64,000 nt of DNA from Octopus bimaculoides (taxonomy: Eukaryota). Within the stretch, counting starts at the first letter, position 1. Each line of letters begins with the position of its first letter. The notes beneath the pieces were generated by a model. The model saw only the letters and a program-made list of their open reading frames with translations. It had not been told where the DNA came from and did no database searches. Of the stretch, positions 23,246 through 36,257 are shown one piece after another. The stretch is from contig NC_068994.1 of assembly GCF_001194135.2 (NCBI RefSeq), forward strand, positions 3,939,938 to 4,003,937. The letters run 5' to 3'. The position numbers and the translations under genes were made by a program.

Positions 23246-23686
23246 CAGCCTCCCCCGCCACCACCACCGCAACAGCAACAACAACAACAACAGGCTCAAC
23301 ATCACCATCATCATCAACAGCAGTCCACACCATCGTCTTCCCCATCTTCATCGTGTCAAATGATGTCCCAACATCAAGCAGGACTCCGCAAATCGTCATC
23401 CTCATCGTCATCAATGTCTCCCGCAGCCTGTTCCCACCAGATGATGTCTCAACACGCTTCCATACGGCAGCAACCAGCCACTGTAGCATCGGCATCGATG
23501 AACTCCACATCTCCCCATCAACTTCCACAGAGACCTGACAATAACTACTGGAAACGCAGCTTCCCAGTTACCACAGGCTGGAACTCGGGTTGGTCCAACC
23601 AACCAGCTACCACAACGTATGGTGTCGGGCAAAGAAAGTGCGAGAGCCAAGAGGCTGTACGCTACATTCAGACTCTTTTACAATAA
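21614..23686 (+). CDS. C2H2 zinc-finger protein ZF-B: 690 aa, duplicated 3-finger module, (HX)26 tract, polyH/polyQ/polyP/Ser-rich C-terminus
   Basis: Uninterrupted ORF with ATG in GAA ATG T. Acceptor ...CTCCAAATTTTAG ends at 21585 (alternative AG at 21591). Six canonical fingers with TGEKP/SGEKP linkers plus two fingers lacking the second His. Confidence 0.93.
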
Positions 23687-26600
23687 CTTTTCTGACAAAA
23701 CTTGTGGAGAAACAAGTCTGAAAAGACAAACATGAGAATTCTGTTTGTAGACCATTTTTTTGAAACGGTCTGCAATTCCATCATTTGATTTATTCTTTCT
23801 TTCAAACTCCAGAGGGAAAAAAATCTTGTCAAGTCTACGACAAAGGGATTCCCTTGATGTGTCTCCAGTCCAGGGTGCAATGAATATTTTTCTAAAAAAA
23901 AACTGTTCTTACATCATTATTTCTTGTCGGTCTTCATTAGTCCACTTCCTTCTTTATAGAAAGCTGTGGTAGTTTGTCCTACAATCAGTGTAGGAAATTA
24001 GGACATGAGATGAGTTGGTGGGAAACCACCTGTGAGACTCCTAGCATCACACACACATACACAAACACACACACACACACACACATACACAAACACACAC
24101 ACACACACACACATACAAAATGAAGAAAATTGAGATGTTTAAATGATAGCAAGGTTGTAGCTGGGAACATCACAAGAATCTCTTTTTCATCCAGGCTACA
24201 TTCTTTATTAAATCTGCTGGCATCATATCCTATAGAAAGATGTCTGCAGTGAGTAATTTTATTGTCAAGTAGAAACCCCTACTCCTTTATATGTCATACT
24301 TATTCCTTAGTAAACCCTTGTAGAGTCTCCATTATAAATATATTTAAACAAAAAACATCTTTTTCTTTTCTCTTTTTGCAACAATGTTTTCTACTTCAAT
24401 GGGGTGTTTATAATTTGTCATTTTCTATATAGAGCAGCTGGCTGTCCTTTTCATTTTAAGGGTCTTTTCACTTTAGCCTCTTTTTTACAATTAGTTTTTT
24501 TTTTAAATTTCTTTCAAAAGGCCACAAAACAGAGCTTTGATTTCATAACACTTCAATCAACGTTGGGCTGGCTCTTTTCAACCCAAGACGCTCAAAGCTG
24601 GTTACTTTGTTTTTAAATCAATGTTATGAGGGCTGTCCTAATTAGCCAGCCATCTAATTACTTAGACAAGCCCTGATTCAATTAACTTCAGTGATTTTAT
24701 TCATCGTTTTTCAATGACGATTGTCCAGAACAGTTGCATCAGATTCTTATATGGCTATTTTAAAAACTGTTTTCATACAATGGTGTGGGTTGAATGGGTC
24801 TGCAAACATTGACATTATATTGGTGCTGACACTAATTTTACTACTGAATTTGTTCTCTTCTCTCTCCTAACATCAGACCCCACTCAACCACGAAGCTGGA
24901 GTATGGCAGCATAGTTAGAGGGGAGGGTGAAGAAAAAGACTTGTCTCACAGACAGATGCTGTTGATTGTGTTCTGTGGCAAGATCTAAGCCTCCCCGTTG
25001 CTATGACCCTCCCTGGTAGACTTGGAGCATTATCAAACTGTTCAACCTATACTTCACGCACACAGACACATACACACACACACACACTCACATACATACA
25101 TATATATATGCATATATATATATGTAAAACTTTACTTTTCCTAGCGGGAGTGCCCTGTTGTCCACACAACATGCCCACCCCTCCTACAGCAATCCATGTA
25201 TATACAGCCACTCCCATAAACACACACAAACACCTGTGTGTTCTCATGATTTACATTACCAAGATTTTTTCATTTTCTGTTTGTTTTTAAAATCTCTATA
25301 AACGAATGATATATATGTGTATGTGTGTGTATACACATATAAAGCTATGTACACCATGTGTTGTATAAACTTCTGACTACAATCAATATTAATACTACTA
25401 CGACTACTGCTACTACTACTACTACTATTTCATTATATCCAGTGAATTCTAGATTTTTTTTTTGCCCCTCTTTGTCTAGCCTCCGATGTCATTATTTCAA
25501 ACCGAACCACTGTTGTGATACCATCACAGTATGGGCCCTACGCTGGCCCCTTTCGCTTCATATGGGGTTAACATCAAAGATGGCGCCAAACGGATCTTAC
25601 TAGGGAGTATGTTGCCCGACTAAATTGTGTGTACATAGAACTATACATCCTTGTGTGTATGTATGTGTGCAGTGTATGTAGCTACATGTGTGTGTGTATA
25701 TATGCACCTATATAAATATATACATACATATATATGTATGTATATATATATATATATGTATATATATGCACGTGTGTGTACGCAATAAACATTGCTGAGT
25801 TTGTATAAATATGCTTAATCCTGTTCATGTGTTTCTTCTGTTGGTATGTCTCCAGTTCACACCACACTGCATACTCCCCCTTTCTTCCCTCCACCCCCAT
25901 ACAACGCCACCATTACCACCCAACAGCCCCTCCCCCCTTCTCCCTGATCATGACAATTCATATCACACTGCTGCTTGCTATTTGCTGCACTTTCCCCCCA
26001 CGCACCCATATGCAGCTTATTGCAACGACATCCTGTAGCATCAATCAACCCAAACATGCCATGAATCTTCATCAGTCTCCATCAATCACCATCACTCTCC
26101 CTATTGGCTTTTTAATGTTTTGACTTATTACTTGGCTGCAAAATTTTCTTCCTTTTTCTGGTTTCATTTATATGTTGTTAATTATTTCAGCTTTGCTCCT
26201 CAACTTTCTTTCCTTGATGAAATGAAATACCAGTTATGTACTGGGTTTCAGTGTAACTTACTTTTTTCCGTCCCCTAAATTTCAGGTCTTGTGCCCTATG
26301 TGGTAGAAATTACTAGAGTTAGAGCAATGGCTGGTAGAAACTGAAGAGGGCACAGAAAAATACCTGGTGGTGTTTAGTTACATCCCTTCAGCTTCTGGGT
26401 TTAAATCCCACATTACATTGGCTGTGTTTTTTTTATAACCATCTGTGAAGTAGGGGTGGGATTTGTACCAGTCATGAACTGGGGTTTAATGTAACCTATT
26501 GGCCTCTCACCTTGGCAATTCCTTGTGTTTGGGTCTATTTTAGAAGGAATTCTGCTGCCGTATCAAACCAAATTGTCCTGTGCTGTTCTGTACTTAGACT

Positions 26601-29600
26601 GGTTTCAAGCAGTGAAACATGGCCATGCTGGGGCATCACTCAAGGTTCTGGTTGATAAATGACTAAGTCAGGGGGATTTACTGATATACTGTGATTCCAG
26701 CAAACAATGTTTTCAAGTCTTGCAAGAGTTGCCTTCAACATATCTCTTCCCCCTGGGGCTTATTATTATTATTATTATTATTATAATACAAGCTGGAAGA
26801 ATCGTTAAATGGTAAACCAAGCAAAATTCCTGCTGCCATTTCATCCCTCTTTACATTTTGAGTTCAAATTCCACTAAAGTCCATTTCATCTTTTATCCTT
26901 TCAGGGTTGATAAAACATACCAGTTGAGCACTGGGAGTTGATGTAATCAACTTATCCCCTCCCCACCAAATTGCTGGCCTTGTGCCAAAATTTGAAATCC
27001 TCCTCCTCATCATCATTATTATTATTACTATTATTATAAATGGTTTCTGATTGAGGCACAACTTGCTTTTTTTTTCTTTTAGGAGAGGGTTTTTATCCAT
27101 TTCTATTCTTCCCTGTATTTTACTGGTTGCTTCTCTGTTTTATCAGCCTCGAAAGACCAGAAGGCAAAGCTGATCCTGGTCAGAAGAAATCACCACACGT
27201 CAGAAATGGTACAGCACCAAAGTATTTGGTTTCATGTGTGTATATGTTCCGTTTGTCTCTCTCTATCTCTATGTATATATGTGTGTGTGTGTGTGTATGT
27301 ATATAAAATCCTTCACAAACCATGGAAGTATAATTCAGAGATTAAAATATGAAAATTTCCTATTTATTTACGTCTGCTGCCATTTTTCTGCTGTGAAATC
27401 TTTTCAGTGATTTTCTTCATTTCCAAACGTTTTCTTCCTTGATTTTAACCTCTCTTAAAACCTGGGATGGGCCCTTAACGCTCAACGTCTGGATTCTGAT
27501 TCCTGTTGGTTTTACTCTTGAGGAAAGCATGAATGTTACAACATCACATTTTCCTAGAATTAGTCTTGTTTATGAAATTAATTTGTAAACAGAAAACAGT
27601 TCATTTGAGTCTTATTGGAAACTGGATGTCAGTATTTGGTGAAGTTGTGGCTGTCATGCCAACTATTTTGTGCTGATAGTTATCAGCATCCCACATCTGA
27701 CGGGAGCCGGTCATGACCATTCCATCTTATTTTCAGGCATAATACATCAAGGACTACATTATCTAATGTTTCTTTTTTTTTTTTTGTTAAGATTGAAAGG
27801 TTTAAGGCTGAATTGGAAGCTTGTCCCCTAAAGTCTGAGAGAGAGTTTAGGGTCCTTTTAGAAGTCTGCCTACTCTTGAGGGTTTTAATAGCTAGGATAA
27901 AGATTGATATAATCAACAGCTCCAAGGTGAAAGTGCTGAACCACTGAGTTCAAACCTGACTACGACAGTCGTTATATTATGTCGTCCTGGGTCACAGACC
28001 TAAGTCTTGTTTGCTTGACTGAACAGAACACAGATTATACTTCTTCACAGTTGAGAGGTTTTTAATGCTAGCTTGGACATTCAGACGTGAAAATCATTGC
28101 TGAAACAAACAACTATAGAAAAACGGATGTGTTATGAGTGGACATTGTTACCCGAGGGTGTTGTGGCAGCGCATTTAATTGTTAATCTAGAAATAGGTGA
28201 TAAGGTAGCACACTGGGCAAGATGTGTAGTGGTATGTCGTCCTGCACTTCGGGAGTTCAAATTACACCGAGGTCAGTTTTGCTTGCCACCATTCCAGGGT
28301 CGATAAAATAAGTACCGAGTTGAGCACTGGGGTCAATGTAATCGACTTAACTTGTCCCCGGAAATTGCTGGCTTTGTGCCAAAATTTGAAACTAATAGAA
28401 ATTGATAAGTTACAGTCAGGACAATGATGCAAGGGAGGTAACTATGGTCTGCTATAAATAATCAGGCCGTCAAAGGAGGATTTGTTTGTGCAGTTTATGG
28501 GTGTTGTAGAGACGATGGCAGTTATTAATTGCACACGCACTGGGACACTCCACCCTACTACCACCACTGCTACTGCTACTACTACTACAGTACAAAAGTA
28601 CAGCCATTACACGTTAGCAAAACATGGCCCGAAAGGCATCAATGCCACAAACTCCATCCTTTTAATTTTTCTTTTTATCACTAATCATTGATCATCTCAA
28701 TCACTAAAAAAATACAATTAATTTTTATTGAAATCTCTTTTAATCATCGACAGGGATGGTCATGGCTAGAGCCTTGTTGACTGTGGACCTACAAAGTCAG
28801 TGCCAACCTGCAACTAAGCACCAAAAGCAACAGCCCAACATATCTCCCTCCTCCCTCATATTTCTCTGTCTTCCCCCTCTCTCTCTCCTCTCTTTCCTCC
28901 TTTCTTCCTTCTCTCTTTCTCTTACCTTTTCATGATTCTCAGTCAAAGATATTTTTTGCTTTTGAGTTTTTTTCTTTTGTGTTTTTCTGGTTTTCATTTC
29001 CGCCATTACTTGTGCTGCTCTCGTCTCCACTATAAATGTGTACGACTATAAATTCAATCCCACAGGTCGTTTTCTATGTATGTATGTGTGTGTAAACTGG
29101 ACATACATGTATACATCTATGCCAGTACATACATATACGAGTCTCTCTGTATCAATCTACAACTCCTCCATCACCACCATGACCAACCTCTCTGACAACC
29201 ATCAAAAATGAAATATCCCCAACCCTTAACCCACCCCCTCCATTGTTATCTCATTCGCTCGACGAAATAAAATACAATAAGGTGACCAGACAAATAACAA
29301 ACCATACTTTCTCCCAGATCTGTATGATGGCGGGGCAATGTGTTACATCTTCTCTCCATCATGATTGTCTTAAGTATTGTACAAAATAGAATAGCTAATT
29401 GCCTTATTCGTTAAAATCTAGATATTAATTTGTATTTATATTTCAATAAATCCATTTACAAAGCCTCACTATTTTTTTTTCAGTTTTATTTCATTTTTAT
29501 CCTTTTTTTTTTTTATTAAATGAGTTTAAATTATTTTTTGTCAGATATAACCTAAAAGATCTATTTCAGGGTCAGTAAAGGTCAAGGAGTTTGCATAGAC

Positions 29601-29789
29601 AAGTGTTATTTTAGCATAGCTTTGGTGTGGACCAATGTCTTGTGAGAAGAACTTAGGCAGATGAAAACTATGTGAATTCATGAATATTGTACATATATAT
29701 TTATGAGTACAGACTGTATGACGCCTGTGTACAACAGGCTTGCTACATGGCAGTGAAACATGGGCCGTGATTGCTGAAGACATGTAAGC

Positions 29790-30535
29790 TTTCAAGGAAT
29801 GAAGCTAGTATGTGCCCTGAAAGAAAAGTTGGACCTAAGAAGCATCAGATGTGGTGTGCAAGAGAGACGACTGCGCTGGTATGGTCATGTGGTGAGAATG
29901 GATGAGGATAGCTGTGTGAAAAAGTGTCACACCCTAGCAGTTGAGGGAACCTGTGGAAGAGGTAGACCGAGGAAGATCTGGGATGAGGTGTTGAAGCACC
30001 ATCTTTAAACATTGGGCCTTACCGAGGCAATGACAAGTGACAAAGACCTTTGGAGATATACTGTTTGAGAAGACACGGCAAGCCAAGTGAGACCATAACC
30101 GTGGCCTGTGCCAGTGCACAATGACCAGCCCATTTAAGAGTATCCTTCAATCATTGGACAATAAACTGCGCTTGCGAAGACCTGTTGAGGCAAGTGTAAT
30201 CGTGGCCGATGACAGTAATGCCCAATTAGCATCTGTGCCGGTGGCACGTTAAAAGCACCGTTTGAGCGTGATCGTTGCCAGTGCTGGTAGAATGTAAAAA
30301 GCATCATTCAAGCGTGTTCGATGCCAGTACCATCTGACTGGCCTTCGTGCCGGTGGCATGTAAAAGCACCCACTACACTCTCGGAGTGGTTGGCATTAGG
30401 AAGGGCATCCAGCTGTAGAAACATTGCCAGATCAGATTAGAGCCTGATGCAGTCTACTGGCTTTCCAGACCGCAGTCGAACCACCATCCAACCCATGCCA
30501 GCATGGAAGACGGACGTTAAACAATGATGATGATG
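29790..30535 (+). mobile_element. 3' end of an RTE-clade LINE with tandem 3' UTR units and (GAT)n tail
   Basis: ORF LKEKLDLRSIRCGVQERRLRWYGHVVRMDEDSCVKKC..L.VEGTCGRGRPRKIWDEV is a typical RTE C-terminus. It is followed by repeated GGCACGTAAAAGCACC..GAGCGTGATCG units and CCAACCCATGCCAGCATGGAA..GATGATGAT. Confidence 0.85.
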
Positions 30536-30546
30536 ATACATATATG

Positions 30547-31010
30547 CTATGTAAATGGCAATTTCTGTCTGTCTGTGGCTGTGTTTGTGAATTTGTTACT
30601 TTAACTCCTCCAAGACTATCCAACTGATCTCGATGAAACTTGCCACATGTGGGGCTTATGCCCATGTGGTCACTTATGCACTTGGAATTTTAATAAAAAT
30701 CAATAATTTCTAATCATCATCGATTTTTCAAAAATCAATTGGACATTTCAATGCAAATTCTCATGTGATTGTTATTTTCTACCATAACTTTTAAAGTCTT
30801 CAACTGATTTTCTTGAAATTTTATAAACAGAGATGGAATATGGGCTAAGGATGCGTTGAGACAAATAAATTTTTACTTAGGCCACTCAAGCAAAGTGTAA
30901 GATGATTTTTGATTGATTAACAAAATTTTTACCTAAATTTTTGTGGGGTTAAAATATTCATGAATTATTATTTTAGCAGGTTGCTGTAACATGTATTTTC
31001 GTAACAGCTG
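30547..31010 (+). mobile_element. candidate non-autonomous Helentron/HINE (DINE-1-like) element
   Basis: Starts CTATGTAAATGGC followed by a TCTG microsatellite, has two (C/T)GAT..(C/T)..GAAA(C/T)TT blocks, and ends in an imperfect hairpin GCTGTAAC..GTAACAGC (30983-31008). This is the layout of HINEs. Confidence 0.5.
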
Positions 31011-31284
31011 CACTTAAAATTGTCGGTTCTAATTGGAGGAAATTCATGTAATATCAGCCATAGATGGAATGAGCTTACACTCAATCACTGGCCCCTGATA
31101 AGTTCTCAGCAATCTGCCTTTTAAGGAGCTTTAGCTAGATCACTGCAGATCCTCTTCCAAAGTTCCTATACCAGAAAGTTAAAGACGTGGGGTGAGAGAG
31201 CATAATGTATCCTACCCAGAAACGAGGAAGCAAAGCAAATGCTAAGATTGATACATCTGTTTCTCTAATCTCTCATATCAACAA

Positions 31285-31880
31285 AGTCATGGAATGAATT
31301 CTCAGGAGCAAGCTGCTTTATTATTCGGCAGTATTATGACTGGGTGTTGAATCAACTTATAAATGTCTCAAATGTGGATCTGGTATATCTTGATAAGGTT
31401 GATAACAGTTTGAGATGTCACAAGCTATGGAGACTGGGCATAATTGGAAAACAAGGAGAGGGGTTACATGACTTCTAAAAACACAGACGTGTGACTATAT
31501 TAGCCAATGGAGCCCTCTTGAAGAGGAAATTAGTAGTGAGTGGAATGTCTGAGGGAACTGTCCTGGGGCTGCCACAAAAAAATACTTTGAATGAAAAGGA
31601 GTGGAAATCCCTGAGTAAAACACAATGCAGGACATGAACAATAATGCATCATTTTATGTAAATATCACCAAGATAATGGTAATGCGCAGGTGAATAGACA
31701 TATGGAGTCCGAGAACAAAGGACCAGGAAAATATGCTGGTCCTATGGAAGACATACGTCCTCAGCTGTTTGGATTACTGCTCTCAAATATGGTCACCCCC
31801 AACAGTGTCAAACTAATAGTGGAACTCAAGGCAATTCAGTGGCGCTACACCAAGAAAACAACATTGAGACTGAGCAGTGG
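31285..31880 (+). mobile_element. decayed CR1/L2-like LINE reverse-transcriptase fragment
   Basis: Frame-broken translation resembles QLL..YDW.L..L.N.SNVD..YLD..DK...HKL..LGI.GK.GE.LHDF...R...ANGA...SG..GTVLG, and later LFGLLLSNM.TP.SVKLI.EL.AIQ.RYTKK. Confidence 0.7.
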
Positions 31881-33554
31881 TAGTTTCACTTCAAAGAACA
31901 AACCATTATGCCCCATTTTGTATATTTATACTCTGAAAACCCCTAATATCTCAACAGACAAACGGATTAAGTCGACCGCAGTGCGTAACTGGTACTTATT
32001 ATTATCGCCCCAGAAAATATAAAAGGCAAAGTCGACCTCGGCGGAATTCGAACTCAGAACGTAACGGCAGACGAAATACCGCTAAGCATTTCGCCCGACG
32101 TGCTAACGTTTCTGCCAGCTCACCGCCGCGTTAGTTTCTGTCTACCAAATCTTCTTATCACGCTTTGGTCTACTTGAGGCTATCACAAACATAAAATATT
32201 TCATGTAAACAACATAGAAAGAGAACAATAGAAAGACGGTGAAATTAGTAGCTTGTTTTTATTCCTCCAACATTGACCCCCAGTTTAGTTATAACCCCGG
32301 TCCACCAGTCTCTCCCTCCCCATTGCTAACCAACCCAGCTGCCGAGCATATTTGGTTTGCTTTTTCTTTTTTTCGTTTATTTTCGGCCCCCTTTTAAGCA
32401 AGATTACAAAATAAATTAAGGGTTACGGATCATTTCAATGACGACGACATAAAAAGACAGTTACCGGAAAGGTAGCACAGAGGAAAGGGAGTTAATCCAC
32501 CGTGTGAAACAGGCTGGATATCAAATTACCTCCCTTTAATTTAGTGTCTGTGTCTTATGAGCGTCCTTCCTTGATGTTCTGAAGTGGGCAAAATTTGTCC
32601 TTACAAAAAAAGGAAAAAAAAAGAAAAAGAAAAAGAAAAACATTCAGAATTCATTTAACCCACTTTTCACTCCTTTTGTCATTTTTATTATTTCTCCGAA
32701 GATTTTTGTCTTTTTCTTTTTTTGGTAAAATATCTTCCAGATATCTCTGCCACAAAATCGCATTTTACACCACCATTTCTCAGATATTTTGACGTGATTT
32801 TGCAATTTTCTTTCCTTTTTATAATAATGTTGGGTGGTGGTATTTTGAGTCTGACCTCCAAATGATGAACTTGATAATAATAATGATAATAATAATAATA
32901 CTGGTTTCAAAATTTGGCACAAGGCCAGCAATTTCGGATGGGTGGGGTAAGTTGCTTACATCAACCCCAGTGCTCAACTGGTACTTATTTTATCGACCCC
33001 GAAAGGATGAAAGGCAAAGTTGACCTCAGCAGAATTTGAACACAGAACATAACGAGTCAAAAGAAATGCTTGCTAAGCACTTTGCTCAACACACTAACGA
33101 TTCTGCTACCTTTTTGCCGTAATAATAATACAAAGTTTTTTTAAATTCTGGAGAAGCCCAGCAATTTTGAGGGGAGGGGCAAGTCGATTTCATTGACTCC
33201 AATGACTGGTACTTTATTTTATCAACCACAAGAAGGATGAAAAGCAGAGTCGACTTTGACAGAATTTGAAGTTAGGACGTAATAAATCTGAAGAAATACT
33301 GCTAAGCATTTTTATTCAGCAAGCCAATGATTCCACCAGCTTGCCACCTTAAAAAAAACATTTAAAAAAAAAAAAAATGAAAATAAACAATTGCTTGTTA
33401 GACAAAAATGAAACCAAAGAAAATTTTCTTCATTGGGTTTGTGGCATTCATGCCTTTTTCCAAAAGAATTAGTAATGTTAAATGAGAACAGTTCCAACAA
33501 TGAAAAAGAAAGAAATTGTAACATCGACTCAAATTTGTTAAGGAATTACCACCA

Positions 33555-33960
33555 CCACATCACAGGGATTGCCACAGCGATTGATTAAATGGCTTCATTA
33601 AAGTCTTTTTGCGAAAATGTCTCCATGTTCTTTGATTGAGTGTCAATTCTGTGTGGCATATCTTTTGTCTTTCACAATACATCTCCATTTTGTTGGCAAC
33701 TTCTGATTTTTTGTCTTCCTTCTGGCATCTCCTCATCTCTTCTAACAATGTCTTCAGCTTTTCTGTGACATATCTCTCATAACCAATCTGTTGGTATTTT
33801 CCTTTACATCTTCCACAAAATTTCTCAGTATCCATTATCTATCCACGTCTTTCACAGTGTCTCCTTGTATCATTCTCCGACACTTTTCAACAACTTTCAT
33901 TGAACTTTCCATGACTTATCCAGAATATACACTTTATGTATTTTTCCAAAATAACCATAT
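33555..33960 (-). mobile_element. old RTE-like LINE 3' fragment
   Basis: The minus ORF ends ...YERYVTEKL...EEMRR..KEDKK......EMYCERQ.....ELTLNQRTWRHF, resembling the RTE C-terminal ...RxxWR region. Highly decayed. Confidence 0.45.
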
Positions 33961-35295
33961 CCATGTGTTTGTCAGTCAACCACCACCATGTTCTCTCGTT
34001 TCCCCTCACCCCACAAGCAGCAGCTCTCTCTATCCCTCCGTCTCATTTCACCACCTCCAATCATCATTTCATTAAAAATCCACCAACAGGCAGCCATATT
34101 TTACCACTGATATTATCAATATTTTTTGCTATTTATTCAGTCAATGTAACATCTTTTTCTTCTGATTTTGTGTTCAAATTGTTTTAAAAAAACACAAAGA
34201 AAAAAACCCCCAAAAACAATAAATCTGAGTGACAATTTATGGTGTATTTACATATGTTTATGTCTGTAGTAATAATATATATGATTGTGTCTGCCAAAGA
34301 TTTATATATTATATATGTGTGTGTTTGTGATACATATATATATATGTATATATGGTTGTGTGTGAGTGTCTTTAACAAGGCATGAAACCCTACCTAATGT
34401 TTCGTGCAAGCCAACCTTGTATAAAGATATTTGGTGTGCATAAATGCATACATATATATATATATGTATGTATATATGTGCACACACTCACCACACACAA
34501 ACTGTAGGTAGTTATTGAAAAAGTTCTTTTTCTTTATCTTCTTCCATTTTGATCATCTCCAAAAGAAATAACACAAGATTCCTGTCTTAGCATCAGAATA
34601 CTGTATATTATTATTATTATTATAATTATTTTCCTTGATATTGTCCTTGTAATAGTAGCAGCAGCAGCAGTCTATATACACACACGCATGCGCGCGTACA
34701 TATCATGGTGTGTGTATACACTGGTATTGTATGCTTGTTGTACGATATTTCTTGGGATTCAACCACCTTCGTCACTACAATCAATATGTGCCTTTACTAT
34801 TGATGTCCCTTCCACTCGATACTCATAGGACGCAACACATATATGAGCCCTTTTTTCAGGTTCAAATCTGACTCCTGACATCTCCACTGGCATTTAAAAC
34901 AAAAAAAAAAACGTTTTTTTTAATTCTTTTCCTGCAGAAAGAGTTTTTAAAGATTGAAAAAAGGAAGAAAAACAACCCATATTTGTTAAAAGATATCTCC
35001 AACGTTGTTGTCTGCAGGTTTTTTTGTTTTTTTTTTGGTTCAGAATACTCTAGAAGAAAACATTACACTTTTCCGTTCAATGTTTCATTTTTCGGTGTTC
35101 CGGTTTTCCTTCCTTTCTTTCCTTTTCTTGTTTCCAGCAAATGAAAACAATAATGCGGACATGTGTGTGCGTATGCATCTGCATGTATACATAAAGCCAC
35201 ACACATACATACACAGACATATATACACGTACATGTTTACATACGTACATATACACACACTGCAGGTAATGAATGTGTATGTATACATACCAACG

Positions 35296-35363
<68 letters not shown>

Positions 35364-35604
35364 CATGCACACCCCACACACCCATGCATATACATATGTA
35401 TATATATATATATAAACACGTGTGCAAGTATGTAAAGTGTAAATATATATGTATATATATACGTACACTCAACCAACAAGTGTGTAGGTGTGTAAATATA
35501 CATATATATATACATACAGCCTGACACATACCAATGCATATACACATGTATATCTCTATATACACCCACATGTATAGACATGATCAAATGAGACCTCGTT
35601 TGCA

Positions 35605-35832
35605 ACTGAGAACGTTAATGAATTTACACAGCAGAACTTTACATTTGTAAACAATACAAGTTGCGAATAAAAATGCGACCAAGTGCCCACGATGGAAACG
35701 GAACCCTGCATCCGTAAGTTACCGGCTGTTTTCTCACATTACGAGGAGTCTAGCCTAGCCCCTAATTAGTAGTGCTGTGTAAACCCTGGTTGCGTCATCA
35801 CAGGTTTGTGATGACGAGTTAACGTTCTCAGT
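35605..35832. mobile_element. MITE-like element with 14-bp perfect TIRs, inner inverted repeat and subterminal hairpin
   Basis: ACTGAGAACGTTAA (35605-35618) / TTAACGTTCTCAGT (35819-35832); inner TTTACACAGCA / TGCTGTGTAAA; hairpin CGTCATCACA-GGTT-TGTGATGACG (35793-35816). Confidence 0.7.
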
Positions 35833-36257
35833 CAAATAAGAAAAACATTTGTGTGGTTCAATGAAGAAGAAGAAGTGAATCAATGCTGATGTCTCTCGTA
35901 ATGTATCCATTATGAACGGTCACCTCTTTAGTAAGAGGTGCAGGGTTCAATTTCCATTCGAGGACAGGATCGCATTTTTATTTTAGAAATGTATTGTTCA
36001 CAAATGTTTATCGATATGTGTGTATCGATGTGTATATATAAGTAGACACACTCAAGCACATATATGCATATATATACACATATACGTGTGTGTATATATA
36101 TGCATATATATATATATTATATATGTAACATATACATATACACCCACACATATTTCGAGCTAATTATAATAACCTGGTTCGTGTATATGTGTATGCATAC
36201 ACATATACATGTATGTACACATGCATATATACATATGTTTACTTACTCATGAAATGC

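Noticed and set aside
35005-35605. Multiple YIYIYI/CVCV ORFs (also at 5-7 kb, 15-16 kb, 18.5 kb, 43 kb and 51-53 kb)
   Set aside because: Translations of (TA)n/(CA)n microsatellites that lack stops in some frames.
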